From contig DATMBG010000051.1 of assembly GCA_035559535.1 (NCBI GenBank), positions 372,001 through 436,000 on the forward strand: DNA of 64,000 bases, read 5' to 3'. A model generated the notes under the pieces. The model worked only from the letters and a program-made list of their open reading frames with translations. It searched no databases and was not told where the DNA came from. A program made the translations under genes and the position numbers. Every line of letters begins with the position of its first letter. The stretch's first letter is position 1. The DNA comes from Candidatus Limnocylindrales bacterium (GTDB taxonomy: Bacteria; Moduliflexota; Moduliflexia; Moduliflexales; JAUQPW01). Positions 30,466 to 39,082 of the stretch are shown in pieces.

Positions 30466-31602
30466 ATGAAAATTACCCAAATTCAAGCCAATCTCATTGA
30501 GATCCCTCTACCTAAAGAGCACCATTATGCCTGGGTCCCGGGATCTGCCGTAAAATCCATCCAGTTTACACTGGTCAAAATTTTCACCGATGAAGGTATT
30601 ACCGGGATTGGGGCTTCTCATATCTGTTTTGGAGAAGAAGTTGTCCACAGTATTCATAACCTCCTAACCCCTTTCCTGATAGGAAAAGATCCCCTGGCCA
30701 CGGAACGGCATATTGAGACAATCTACAGTGCCCGTTACTTTGGAACTCCCCTCTGGCTTGTAGATCAGGCCCTATGGGATATTGTAGGAAAAGCCGCCGG
30801 ACAACCCCTCTATAAACTTTGGGGAGGCTTTCAAGATAAAATCCTGGCCTATGGAGCCCCTTCGGAGCCTCGATCCCCCCAGGAGCACCGGGAGATAGTT
30901 CATCACTACCTGGAAAAAGGATTCAAAGCCATCAAGCTCCGCCTCCATAATGAAGATCCTAAGGACGATCTGGCCATTGTGGAAGCGGTTCGGGATGAGG
31001 TAGGGGATCGAATGGAGATCATGGTGGACGCCAACCAGGCCCTGTTACTTAACAGTCCCCGACCTCATCCGATCTGGAGTTATGAACGGGCCTTGATGAT
31101 GGCCCGAGAATTGGAAAAATTAAAGGTCTACTATCTGGAAGAGCCTCTCTATATCTATAATTTCAAAGGAATCGCACGATTAACCCAGGAGACCGATATC
31201 TATATTGCAGGTGGGGAATGGAACGGACCCATCCACGAATTCAAGTGGCTTCTGGATCAGGGCTGCTATGATATCCTCCAACCCGATGCCATGCAATCCG
31301 ACGGTCTGTTCCGAATGCGCCAGATTGCCCACATGGCCTATCTGGAGAACAAACTGTTCATTCCCCATACCTGGGGAAATGGGCTCGGTCTGGTAGCCAA
31401 TCTACAGGTTGCCCTTTCGGTTCCAAATTGCCCGTTCTTTGAATACCCTTATGATCCTGAAACTTTAAGCGTAGAAATGAATCAGGCCATGATCCAGGAA
31501 CCTCTGCAGGTGGACGCCGAAGGTTATTTGCATGCCCCCAAAGGACCTGGATTGGGGGTCGAACTCAATGAGGATTTTATTCGAAGGTACACACTTCGAT
31601 AA
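30466..31602 (+). CDS. Mandelate racemase/muconate-lactonizing enzyme family protein (tandem paralogue)
   Basis: DQALWDIVGK, KLR, MVDAN, YLEEP, AGGE, QPD, PHTWGNGLGLVANL. Confidence 0.92.
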   Translation: MKITQIQANLIEIPLPKEHHYAWVPGSAVKSIQFTLVKIFTDEGITGIGASHICFGEEVVHSIHNLLTPFLIGKDPLATERHIETIYSARYFGTPLWLVDQALWDIVGKAAGQPLYKLWGGFQDKILAYGAPSEPRSPQEHREIVHHYLEKGFKAIKLRLHNEDPKDDLAIVEAVRDEVGDRMEIMVDANQALLLNSPRPHPIWSYERALMMARELEKLKVYYLEEPLYIYNFKGIARLTQETDIYIAGGEWNGPIHEFKWLLDQGCYDILQPDAMQSDGLFRMRQIAHMAYLENKLFIPHTWGNGLGLVANLQVALSVPNCPFFEYPYDPETLSVEMNQAMIQEPLQVDAEGYLHAPKGPGLGVELNEDFIRRYTLR

Positions 31603-31621
31603 TTCGATGATCGGATCGCCT

Positions 31622-32974
31622 TTACAGGCGAGGTTTTTCTTTAAATCCCAGTACCTTCTCACACCAGTGGGCAGCTCCAAGGAGCCTATCTTCCTTAAAA
31701 TGAGCTGCTGCTAACTGAATTCCCAGTGGAAGTCCGGATTCACTGAGACCGGACGGAAGGGTTATTGCAGGAAAGCCGGAAAAGGTCCAGGGAATATTAA
31801 AAGAAGGATCCCCCGTAGCCTGCAAACCTTTGGGAGCCGGAGATGCCGTCGTTGGGGACAACAAAACATCCCACCGACTCAAAAGGGGGATCATGTCCTG
31901 AATAAATTGATTTCGGATCCGTTGGGCCCGCAAGTATTGAACTCCGGAAACCAACATGCCGGTCTCAATGAGCTCCCGGAGTTTTGCGCTATACTTTTCC
32001 TTATGTCGATGGAACAGATCTTCATGAACAGCCGCCATTTCCACCCGCATGATGGTCCGATGAGCTGCCTGGACGGCAGAAAAACTCTGGGGCATTTTTA
32101 TGTCCTGGACGGTAGCTCCGGCACCAGCCAGACGCTGGATAACCCCCTCGAAGTGTTTACGAACCTGTTCTTCAGCATGGTCCAGGAAGAACTCCCGAAC
32201 AAGTCCGATTCGGGGTGGACCTTCAAAACGTTGTAGAGCCTGAGGATAATCGGGGACGGGCTCCTTGGATGAACGGGCATCTTGAGGATCGTGGCCAGCC
32301 AGGACTTTTAAAAGGAGGGCAGCATCTTCGACGCTGCGAACAAAAAAGCCCGGATGATCCAGACACCAGGCATCCGGAAAAATTCCATGACGGCTGATCC
32401 TCCCATAAGTGGGTTTTAGGGATACAACCCCACAGTAGGCGCCGGGCCTGAGTAAAGAGCCAGCAGTTTGAGAACCCAGAGCCGCCGGACACATCTCTGA
32501 AGCCACAGCCGCTGCGGAACCACTACTGGAACCTCCGGGAGTATGTTCCAGATTCCAGGGATTACGGGTCGGAGCCGGATCAAAATAGGCAAACTCGGTA
32601 CTCGCCGTTTTTCCTAAAATGATAGCCCCGGCCTCTTTAAGGCGTCGGACGGTTGTTGCATCATAAGTCGGCACGAAATCGGCAAAGATCCTGGACCCCA
32701 TGGTGGTTCTCAACCCCTGAGTATAAAAAATATCTTTGACCCCCACCGGAATCCCATAAAGGGGGCCTCGAGGCTTTCCCTGCTCAAGTTCTTGTTTACA
32801 ACGAGCTGCAGCCTCTAAAGCCCCTTCTCGATCCAATGTCGTCCAGGCTTTTACCTTTGGCTCTACCTTATCGATTCGTTCCAAAAGGGATTTTACCAAA
32901 TCTATGGGCGAGAGTTTCCCTTGGGAAAGATACGTCAAAGCTTCTGTAATGGTCCAGGTATAAGGCTCCGTCAT
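31622..32974 (-). CDS. Amidase signature (GatA/AtzE-like) enzyme
   Basis: GIPVGVKD (catalytic Lys), TPGGSSSGSAAAVA, GSQTAGSLLRP (nucleophilic Ser). Confidence 0.92.
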   Translation of the reverse strand: MTEPYTWTITEALTYLSQGKLSPIDLVKSLLERIDKVEPKVKAWTTLDREGALEAAARCKQELEQGKPRGPLYGIPVGVKDIFYTQGLRTTMGSRIFADFVPTYDATTVRRLKEAGAIILGKTASTEFAYFDPAPTRNPWNLEHTPGGSSSGSAAAVASEMCPAALGSQTAGSLLRPGAYCGVVSLKPTYGRISRHGIFPDAWCLDHPGFFVRSVEDAALLLKVLAGHDPQDARSSKEPVPDYPQALQRFEGPPRIGLVREFFLDHAEEQVRKHFEGVIQRLAGAGATVQDIKMPQSFSAVQAAHRTIMRVEMAAVHEDLFHRHKEKYSAKLRELIETGMLVSGVQYLRAQRIRNQFIQDMIPLLSRWDVLLSPTTASPAPKGLQATGDPSFNIPWTFSGFPAITLPSGLSESGLPLGIQLAAAHFKEDRLLGAAHWCEKVLGFKEKPRL

Positions 32975-33067
32975 GACTTCGCTGTCTGTTGTTCGTTGCC
33001 CGTTGTTTTTAGATCCGTAGGAACAGACTCCTTATGGAATCTCAATGGACAACGAACGACCGGTTAC

Positions 33068-33232
33068 CTACAAAAAGAAAATGGGTTCAAGTTGAGGATC
33101 CATTGGATAAGAGATGATTTGTTCAAGCTCTTGAGCTGTTGATTGAAGCGCCGGCCGAAGAGCTTCAGCTCTATCAGCTCCCCATAGACTCACCGCCCAT
33201 TCCAAAAGGATCTTAAGCTGATCTTCTTTCAT
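33068..33232 (-). CDS. 54-aa GatC/AtzG-like small protein upstream of the amidase (not in ORF track)
   Basis: MKEDQLKILLEWAVSLWGADRAEALRPALQSTAQELEQIISYPMDPQLEPIFFL*; two amphipathic helices and an EPxxF tail. Confidence 0.65.
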   Translation of the reverse strand: MKEDQLKILLEWAVSLWGADRAEALRPALQSTAQELEQIISYPMDPQLEPIFFL

Positions 33233-33309
33233 GGCCTATAGTTCGCTGTCCTCGGTCGTTACCCTTTAGGATCCTTCAGTAACGAACAAAAGACAACGAA
33301 CAAATCTCC

Positions 33310-33792
33310 CTAAGAGAACCGTTCTATCTTAACGATTTCATAAGTCTTAACGCCGTCGGGAACTTTAATTTTCACCTCATCGCCTACCCTTTTTCCCATC
33401 AACCCCTGGGCAATGGGGGATTTAACAGAGATGACGTTTTCATAAAACTCGGCATCCTCTCCACCCAGAATCTGATAAACAACTTCCTTATCGGTATCCA
33501 GATCGTAAAGGGTTACCTTGGTTCCCAACATAACCCTATCAGTGCTGATGTTTAGCGTATCGATGATAACGGCGTTGGCCAAACGGTTCTGTAAATTAGC
33601 CGCTTCCAGATTTAACATTTCCTTCTTGGCTATGGCCATCTCCCATTCGGCATTTTCGCTTAAATCTCCATAGCTGGCAGCATGCCCAATTTCTTTGCTA
33701 ATCGTTCCACCCGGTCTTATCATTTCCTTAAGTTTTTGCAGTTTCTGATCCAGATGGTTCCAGGTTTTTCGAGTCATATAATTAACTTCCAT
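33310..33792 (-). CDS. greA: Transcription elongation factor GreA/GreB family
   Basis: GDLSENAE, LGTKVTL, ISVKSPIAQGLMGK. Confidence 0.9.
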   Translation of the reverse strand: MEVNYMTRKTWNHLDQKLQKLKEMIRPGGTISKEIGHAASYGDLSENAEWEMAIAKKEMLNLEAANLQNRLANAVIIDTLNISTDRVMLGTKVTLYDLDTDKEVVYQILGGEDAEFYENVISVKSPIAQGLMGKRVGDEVKIKVPDGVKTYEIVKIERFS

Positions 33793-34064
33793 AGTCCTTT
33801 TAACACCTTTCCTTGTAAAAATTCTTTATGACTTGTTAACAGGGAGTGTTTCGTAACATGTAACGAAAAGTTGTTCCTGTCAAGAAAATTGTTCTCTACT
33901 TTCTAAGGATAATTCCTTTAGAATAGATTTCAACGGGGATTAATATTTTTCCTGATCGGGTAATCCTTTAGGGGAGGTAGGTGCCGGCAGCAGGTTCCAG
34001 GGGATGGACCCTCTGAATAAAGGGTATACCAAGGTATGTCCAAGGCGTTATAGGACTCTGGAAA

Positions 34065-35162
34065 TTATTCTCTAATTTCCTGAATTCGTTTAAACCCATG
34101 GATCTCCATCAACTTTCGTAATCCCTTGTTGATTCTATAAACCATGAAGGGTCCTTCGTAAATCAAGCCGGTATAAACTTGAATTAATCGCGCCCCGGCC
34201 TTCAACATGGCAAAGGCATCCTCGGCTTGAAAGATGCCCCCAACTCCTATAACGGGGAGCCTGGTATGATGGTAAATATATCGTACCACTTCGAGAGCTC
34301 TTTTTTGTAACGGCTTGCCGCTCAACCCCCCCATCTCATGGGTCTGGAGGCTCAGACCCTCGCGTCGAAGGGTGGTATTGGTTGCAATGAGACCATCGAC
34401 CCCGCGATTTAAACAAACTCCCATCAATTCATCCAGGACCTGCCAGGTTAAATCTGGTGAAATCTTTACGAAAAGAGGCCTTCTAGGAGTTCCCATTTGC
34501 TTGGATAAGGCTTTAGACTCTTCCTGAAGGGCTATTATCAAATTGTCCAGTTGATCTCTCTCCTGCAAGGTTTGCAACCCGGGCGTGTTGGGTGAGCTGA
34601 CATTTATGGCAAAATAACTGGCATAGGGGTAAAGTCTTTGAAAGGAGTATACATAATCTTCAACGGCTTTGTCTAAAGGGGTTATTTTAGATTTTCCGAT
34701 ACTAATTCCCACGGGAATGGTTGGCGGCTTCATCTCCTGAAAACGCCTCGCTATGGCATCGGCACCTTCATTATTAAACCCCATTCGATTGATCAGGGCT
34801 TTATCTTTGGGAAAGCGAAAAATACGAGGTCGGAGGTTACCTTCCTGTGGATATCGGGTAACGGTACCTATTTCCAGAAAGCCAAAACCCAAAGTAGTTA
34901 ATCCATGAATAGCTACTGCATTCTTATCAAAACCTGCCGCCAGTCCCACAGGGTTCTTGAAAGTAAGCCCAACAACCTCTTGCTCCAAAGCAGGATCCTG
35001 AAAAGATGTAAAATTTTGTAAAATCTCCGGCTTCCGCCCGAGGTATTGGAAGACCTTCAGGGCTAATTCATGGGCCAGCTCCGGGTCTTTATGAGAAAGT
35101 TTAAAGAGAAGAGAACGTATCCAGGGATAAAACATGACCGATCGCATAGGATCCCGGATCAA
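34065..35162 (-). CDS. pyrD: Quinone-dependent dihydroorotate dehydrogenase (class 2)
   Basis: DPELAHE, NPVGLAAGFDKN, NRMGFNNEG, NVSSPNTPG, VKISPD, GGLSG, QVYTG. Confidence 0.95.
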   Translation of the reverse strand: MIRDPMRSVMFYPWIRSLLFKLSHKDPELAHELALKVFQYLGRKPEILQNFTSFQDPALEQEVVGLTFKNPVGLAAGFDKNAVAIHGLTTLGFGFLEIGTVTRYPQEGNLRPRIFRFPKDKALINRMGFNNEGADAIARRFQEMKPPTIPVGISIGKSKITPLDKAVEDYVYSFQRLYPYASYFAINVSSPNTPGLQTLQERDQLDNLIIALQEESKALSKQMGTPRRPLFVKISPDLTWQVLDELMGVCLNRGVDGLIATNTTLRREGLSLQTHEMGGLSGKPLQKRALEVVRYIYHHTRLPVIGVGGIFQAEDAFAMLKAGARLIQVYTGLIYEGPFMVYRINKGLRKLMEIHGFKRIQEIRE

Positions 35163-35441
35163 CGGAATCCCCCTTTTAATCCTTAGATTTCCTCTTTGCC
35201 TTTCCTGACGTAGGGGCAGGTTTGAAAGAGCCTCCTAAGGACCGTGTAATTAAATGCAAAGGGAAATAAATCTTGAATAAAACTCTTTTCTAAATATACG
35301 TTCCAATCCTTTTCTTTGAAAGGAAGTAAGCAGGAAAAATCCCTCTAACTCTGTTTTATTTAGAATTAGAGGGATCTTGAACAAAACAGGAGGGTAGATT
35401 AAGAATCTTTCCCTACCCGATCACCGTTTTTACCTCTACTG

Positions 35442-36080
35442 TTAGCGGGAGGGTTGCCCTGAACTCTGTAGCTTGGTCTTCCATTCAGACTCTGGAAGTA
35501 CCTGAAGGGACGTAATCATATCTCCTTCAGCCGCAACTTTCGGGGTTGCGGGTCGACCGGCCTGACCGGTTGTTGCCTGTTCTCCGGGTTGTACAGGTTG
35601 TTGAATATCTCGTTGGGGGGGTTCTTTGTGACTGGGTCCTACCTTCGTCCCTTCCCCTTTCTCTTCTAAAGGTTGCTTAATATCTTGCCCGGGAGTTTGA
35701 GGATGACTGGGTCCTACCTTCGTCCCTCGGACTGTTCGAGTAAATTGTACATATTGACCCGGTTTCAGGTCCGAAAGATTCCCGCCTTTAAAGGCACCCT
35801 CACCCAAAGTAAAAGTTATTTCTTGGCCCTGGGTCTCGGTCGAAGACGTTCTCGTTTCAATGGTAACGGTTCGCCTGTCAGAATCTACTTTTTTAATCAC
35901 TCCGAACTCTGTTTGTCCTTCCTTGCCCATTTGTCCTTCCTTCAGGGTATCTTCAGGCTTCTTGGATTCTCCGGGTTCTACCCCTCGGGATTGAGGATCG
36001 GAAACGGCTGCGTGGACGAGATGGGTCAGTGAAATCAGGAATATAAAACTCACAATCCATAAACACCACTTCTTAAACAT
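35442..36080 (-). CDS. Secreted hypothetical protein, CusF/OB-fold-like with repetitive Pro/Gln insertion
   Basis: Signal peptide; GVIKKVD..RTVTIE...LSDLKPGQYVQF...MITSLQV; 75-nt internal duplication; AAGGAGGT RBS. Confidence 0.7.
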   Translation of the reverse strand: MFKKWCLWIVSFIFLISLTHLVHAAVSDPQSRGVEPGESKKPEDTLKEGQMGKEGQTEFGVIKKVDSDRRTVTIETRTSSTETQGQEITFTLGEGAFKGGNLSDLKPGQYVQFTRTVRGTKVGPSHPQTPGQDIKQPLEEKGEGTKVGPSHKEPPQRDIQQPVQPGEQATTGQAGRPATPKVAAEGDMITSLQVLPESEWKTKLQSSGQPSR

Positions 36081-36598
36081 AACCTTACCTCCTTATTTGG
36101 GGATATTGAGTTAAACCCTGAGAAGGTTTTCACTCTCCTTCCCTATCAAGACTTTATGACTCTCTTTACTCAACCAACTGTCTTTTCATTTTTCTGATTC
36201 TAACCTAATATCATATGAATCTTTTGGCAATATTTATAACAAAATATTTTATTTTATCTTATATTATGTATTTATTACTTCCTTTTTAGGTAATTCCTTC
36301 AGGCAGAAGTTTTAGGTGTTTTCATTCCTTTTCCTCCTTTTTACAAGTTTTAGGTTTACTTAAAGGCAGGGGAATAACCCGCTGGCTTATGCGGATTTGG
36401 CAACAAGTCTCGAGGTAGCAAGACGGTCCTTCCAGATTGAAGAGAATCCCCTTGACAGTCATCTTGTGGAGCATCATATATATCGTAGAAACTTTCCTCT
36501 CCAACTCATTGCCGGGGGGAAAATTGTTTTTGATTTCAAGGATCGGATCTTCTCCAGGGTCAGGGTTCAAGAAATCAGGCAGAGGAGGACCCAAGATT

Positions 36599-38155
36599 AT
36601 GTTAGAGGTATATGTTTCGGGTGTCGGGATGACTCTGTTTGGAAAGAGAAAAGAATCTTTACCGGAGTTAATGACCGAGGCTGCCTATAAAGCTTTGCAA
36701 GATGCAGGACTCGAGGAAGTGGATGCTATTTACATAGGAGTCATGAACCCTGAGGCCTTTATCCAAGAAGGAAATTTTGCCAGTTTAATGGCCGACCATT
36801 TAAAGCTGATTGGGACTCCGGCGGTTCGAATTGAAACAGCTTCATCCTCCGGTGCGGCTGCCTTTCACCTGGCCTATCAAGCTATAGCTTCTGGCTATTA
36901 TAAGCGGATTCTCGTCCTGGGCGGAGAGAAAATGACCCATCTGAATACCACGCAAGCTACAAAGATTCTGGCGGAAGTTATCGATCGATCTGAACGAAGT
37001 TGTGGGGCGACGATGCCGGCCCTTGCCGCCATGCTGACGGAGAGGTACCTTAAAGAGTACAAAATTTCCCATAACACCATGCAGAAGATGCTGGCCTTGG
37101 TTGCTATCAAAAACCATTATAACGGTTCTTTAAATCCCTACGCCCAATTTCAACATGTTCTCTCTGAGAAACAATATCTTGAGAGTAAAGTGGTAGCCTT
37201 TCCTCTCAAACTCTATGATTGTGCTCCCATAACCGATGGGGCGGCGGCCGTTATCCTGACCTCGGATAAAACAAACGTACGGGTAGCAGGTCTGGGACAG
37301 GGGACCGATACGCTGGCTATTCGCCATCGTACCTCTTTTACCTCGTTTAGAGCAACCCGACTTGCTGCCTTCCGGGCTTATCAGATGGCCCGTTTAAATC
37401 CCGACGATATTGACTTTGCAGAAGTTCATGATGCTTTTACTCCCTTCGAGATCATCGGCACTGAAGATTTAGGTTTTTTCCCCCCGGGAAAAGGGATTAA
37501 AGCCCTCGAAAAAGGAGAGACTCACCTAAAGGGTCGACTCCCCATTAATCCGTCGGGAGGACTCAAAGCCCGGGGGCATCCAGTGGGAGCCTCAGGACTG
37601 GCCCAGATTGTGGAGATCGTCTGGCAACTACGTCGGCAAGTTGAACCCTCCCGGCAATTGGACAAGGCCCGAATTGGATTGGCCCAAAGTATCGGTGGTC
37701 TGGCTACCAACAACTTTGTGACGATCCTTGAAAGAACGGATCTTTGGAGAACTTTCCCATCTAACTGGCAGGGAGTATACCCTTTACCAACCGACAAAAC
37801 TCTATTGGTCCGAAAAACAAACGAAGAAATCGCCGAAGAAGGCGTCATTGAAACTTTTACCGTTCTCTACACAACTCCAGAAGGCTTCCCCTCCCCTTTA
37901 CCCTTAGCACTCATCAAAGATATCAAAGGAAACTGGGTTATCGCCCGGGGTCGTAGTTTAAAACATCTCAAGATCGGAAATCGAGTAACCCTCCATAAGG
38001 TAGGAGACAGTTACTATTTTCTGGCCCGGACTTATCTGGATAAAGTTCATCTCTCTCTTCGAAGGATGCTTCGGAAATGGAGTAAAAGCAGACGCTATCG
38101 CGTGTTGAATCCGTTCTTGCTTAAAAAGAAAAAAGAGGTAAAGACCGTTGGATGA
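36599..38155 (+). CDS. Thiolase-fold (SCP2/archaeal type) protein fused to a DUF35-like OB fold
   Basis: GVGMTLFG, RIETASSSG, GGEKM, KNHYNGSLNPYAQF, DCAPITDGA, EVHDAF, NPSGGL, GHPVGASG; C-terminal GVIETFTVLYTTPEGF; GGAGG RBS. Confidence 0.85.
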   Translation: MLEVYVSGVGMTLFGKRKESLPELMTEAAYKALQDAGLEEVDAIYIGVMNPEAFIQEGNFASLMADHLKLIGTPAVRIETASSSGAAAFHLAYQAIASGYYKRILVLGGEKMTHLNTTQATKILAEVIDRSERSCGATMPALAAMLTERYLKEYKISHNTMQKMLALVAIKNHYNGSLNPYAQFQHVLSEKQYLESKVVAFPLKLYDCAPITDGAAAVILTSDKTNVRVAGLGQGTDTLAIRHRTSFTSFRATRLAAFRAYQMARLNPDDIDFAEVHDAFTPFEIIGTEDLGFFPPGKGIKALEKGETHLKGRLPINPSGGLKARGHPVGASGLAQIVEIVWQLRRQVEPSRQLDKARIGLAQSIGGLATNNFVTILERTDLWRTFPSNWQGVYPLPTDKTLLVRKTNEEIAEEGVIETFTVLYTTPEGFPSPLPLALIKDIKGNWVIARGRSLKHLKIGNRVTLHKVGDSYYFLARTYLDKVHLSLRRMLRKWSKSRRYRVLNPFLLKKKKEVKTVG

Positions 38156-38498
38156 TGAGCCTCCTGGGAGCAATCCCGAAATGATCCGATAGAACTACCC
38201 GGGTCTTCCTATCTGGATTCTTTAACCCTATAGGCCCCTTTTATGGGGTTGATTCGGTAAAATTGCACAAAAAAGAGTCAGTTTCTGTCTTTATTCTGTC
38301 CCCCTCTGGCTCAAAACTTCCAGGGTCTGAACCGGCCTTCTCTAAAGGGATCGGATAGGGTTTTTGAAACAGGCTGAAACCTTTGGTAGAGATTTTGCTA
38401 TACTTAAAGGACTTAAAGGAAAGATAGGATCGGAAAGCTTGATTCTTTCAGTGGATAATCCAGCAGCTACCAGTAAGTGAGGAGATAGGAAGATCTTT

Positions 38499-38906
38499 AT
38501 GAACAGAAAAGTTATTGTATTGGTTGCCCACGATGCTAAAAAAACGGACATTTTGGAGTGGGCAGGTTTTAATAGAGAAACTCTCAAATCCTTTAAGATT
38601 TACGCAACTCAAACCACCGGACAAATCTTGCAGGACAAGCTCGGATTAAATATTAACCTGCTGAAGAGTGGACCTTTGGGGGGAGACGCCCAGGTTGCTA
38701 CCATGATTGTGGAAGGTAAGGTAGATATCTTGGTATTTTTCTGGGATCCTCTCACCCCTCAGCCCCATGATGTAGATGTGAAAGCTTTATTGCGCTTAGC
38801 CGTGCTTTATAATATCCCCATAGCCTGTAACCGCTCTACGGCAGATTATATTATTTCTTCCCCCCTTGTGAATCTCGAAGTTACAAAATCTTTACCGGAA
38901 TTATAG
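38499..38906 (+). CDS. mgsA: Methylglyoxal synthase
   Basis: LVAHDAKK, ATQTTG, SGPLGGD, FFWDPL, PHDVDVKALLR, ACNRSTAD. Confidence 0.96.
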   Translation: MNRKVIVLVAHDAKKTDILEWAGFNRETLKSFKIYATQTTGQILQDKLGLNINLLKSGPLGGDAQVATMIVEGKVDILVFFWDPLTPQPHDVDVKALLRLAVLYNIPIACNRSTADYIISSPLVNLEVTKSLPEL

Positions 38907-38917
38907 GCAGTTTCTAC

Positions 38918-38946
38918 TTGACCTCCTTCTCTCCCCATGATAGATT
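38918..38946 (+). promoter_or_regulatory. Sigma70-type promoter for the AOR operon
   Basis: TTGACC-N17-TAGATT with extended -10 TG. Confidence 0.5.
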
Positions 38947-39082
38947 GATTCAAGAACCACTCAAATTCCAGAGATAGCCAACAGCATGAAGTTAAGTTTT
39001 TGAAAGGAGAGGAACTTAAACTGTGGGCCCTAAAGTCGGTCGGTAGACCGGTTTTGTACAGTTTAAGTTACCGGCTGAAGGG

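Noticed and set aside
31622-32974. Housekeeping gatA
   Set aside because: No gatB adjacent; sequence fits the catabolic amidase subgroup
36437-36598. Hydrophobic N-terminal extension of the thiolase
   Set aside because: The upstream TTG lacks an RBS; a TTGACA promoter element at 36451 and GGAGG before ATG 36599 indicate the later start
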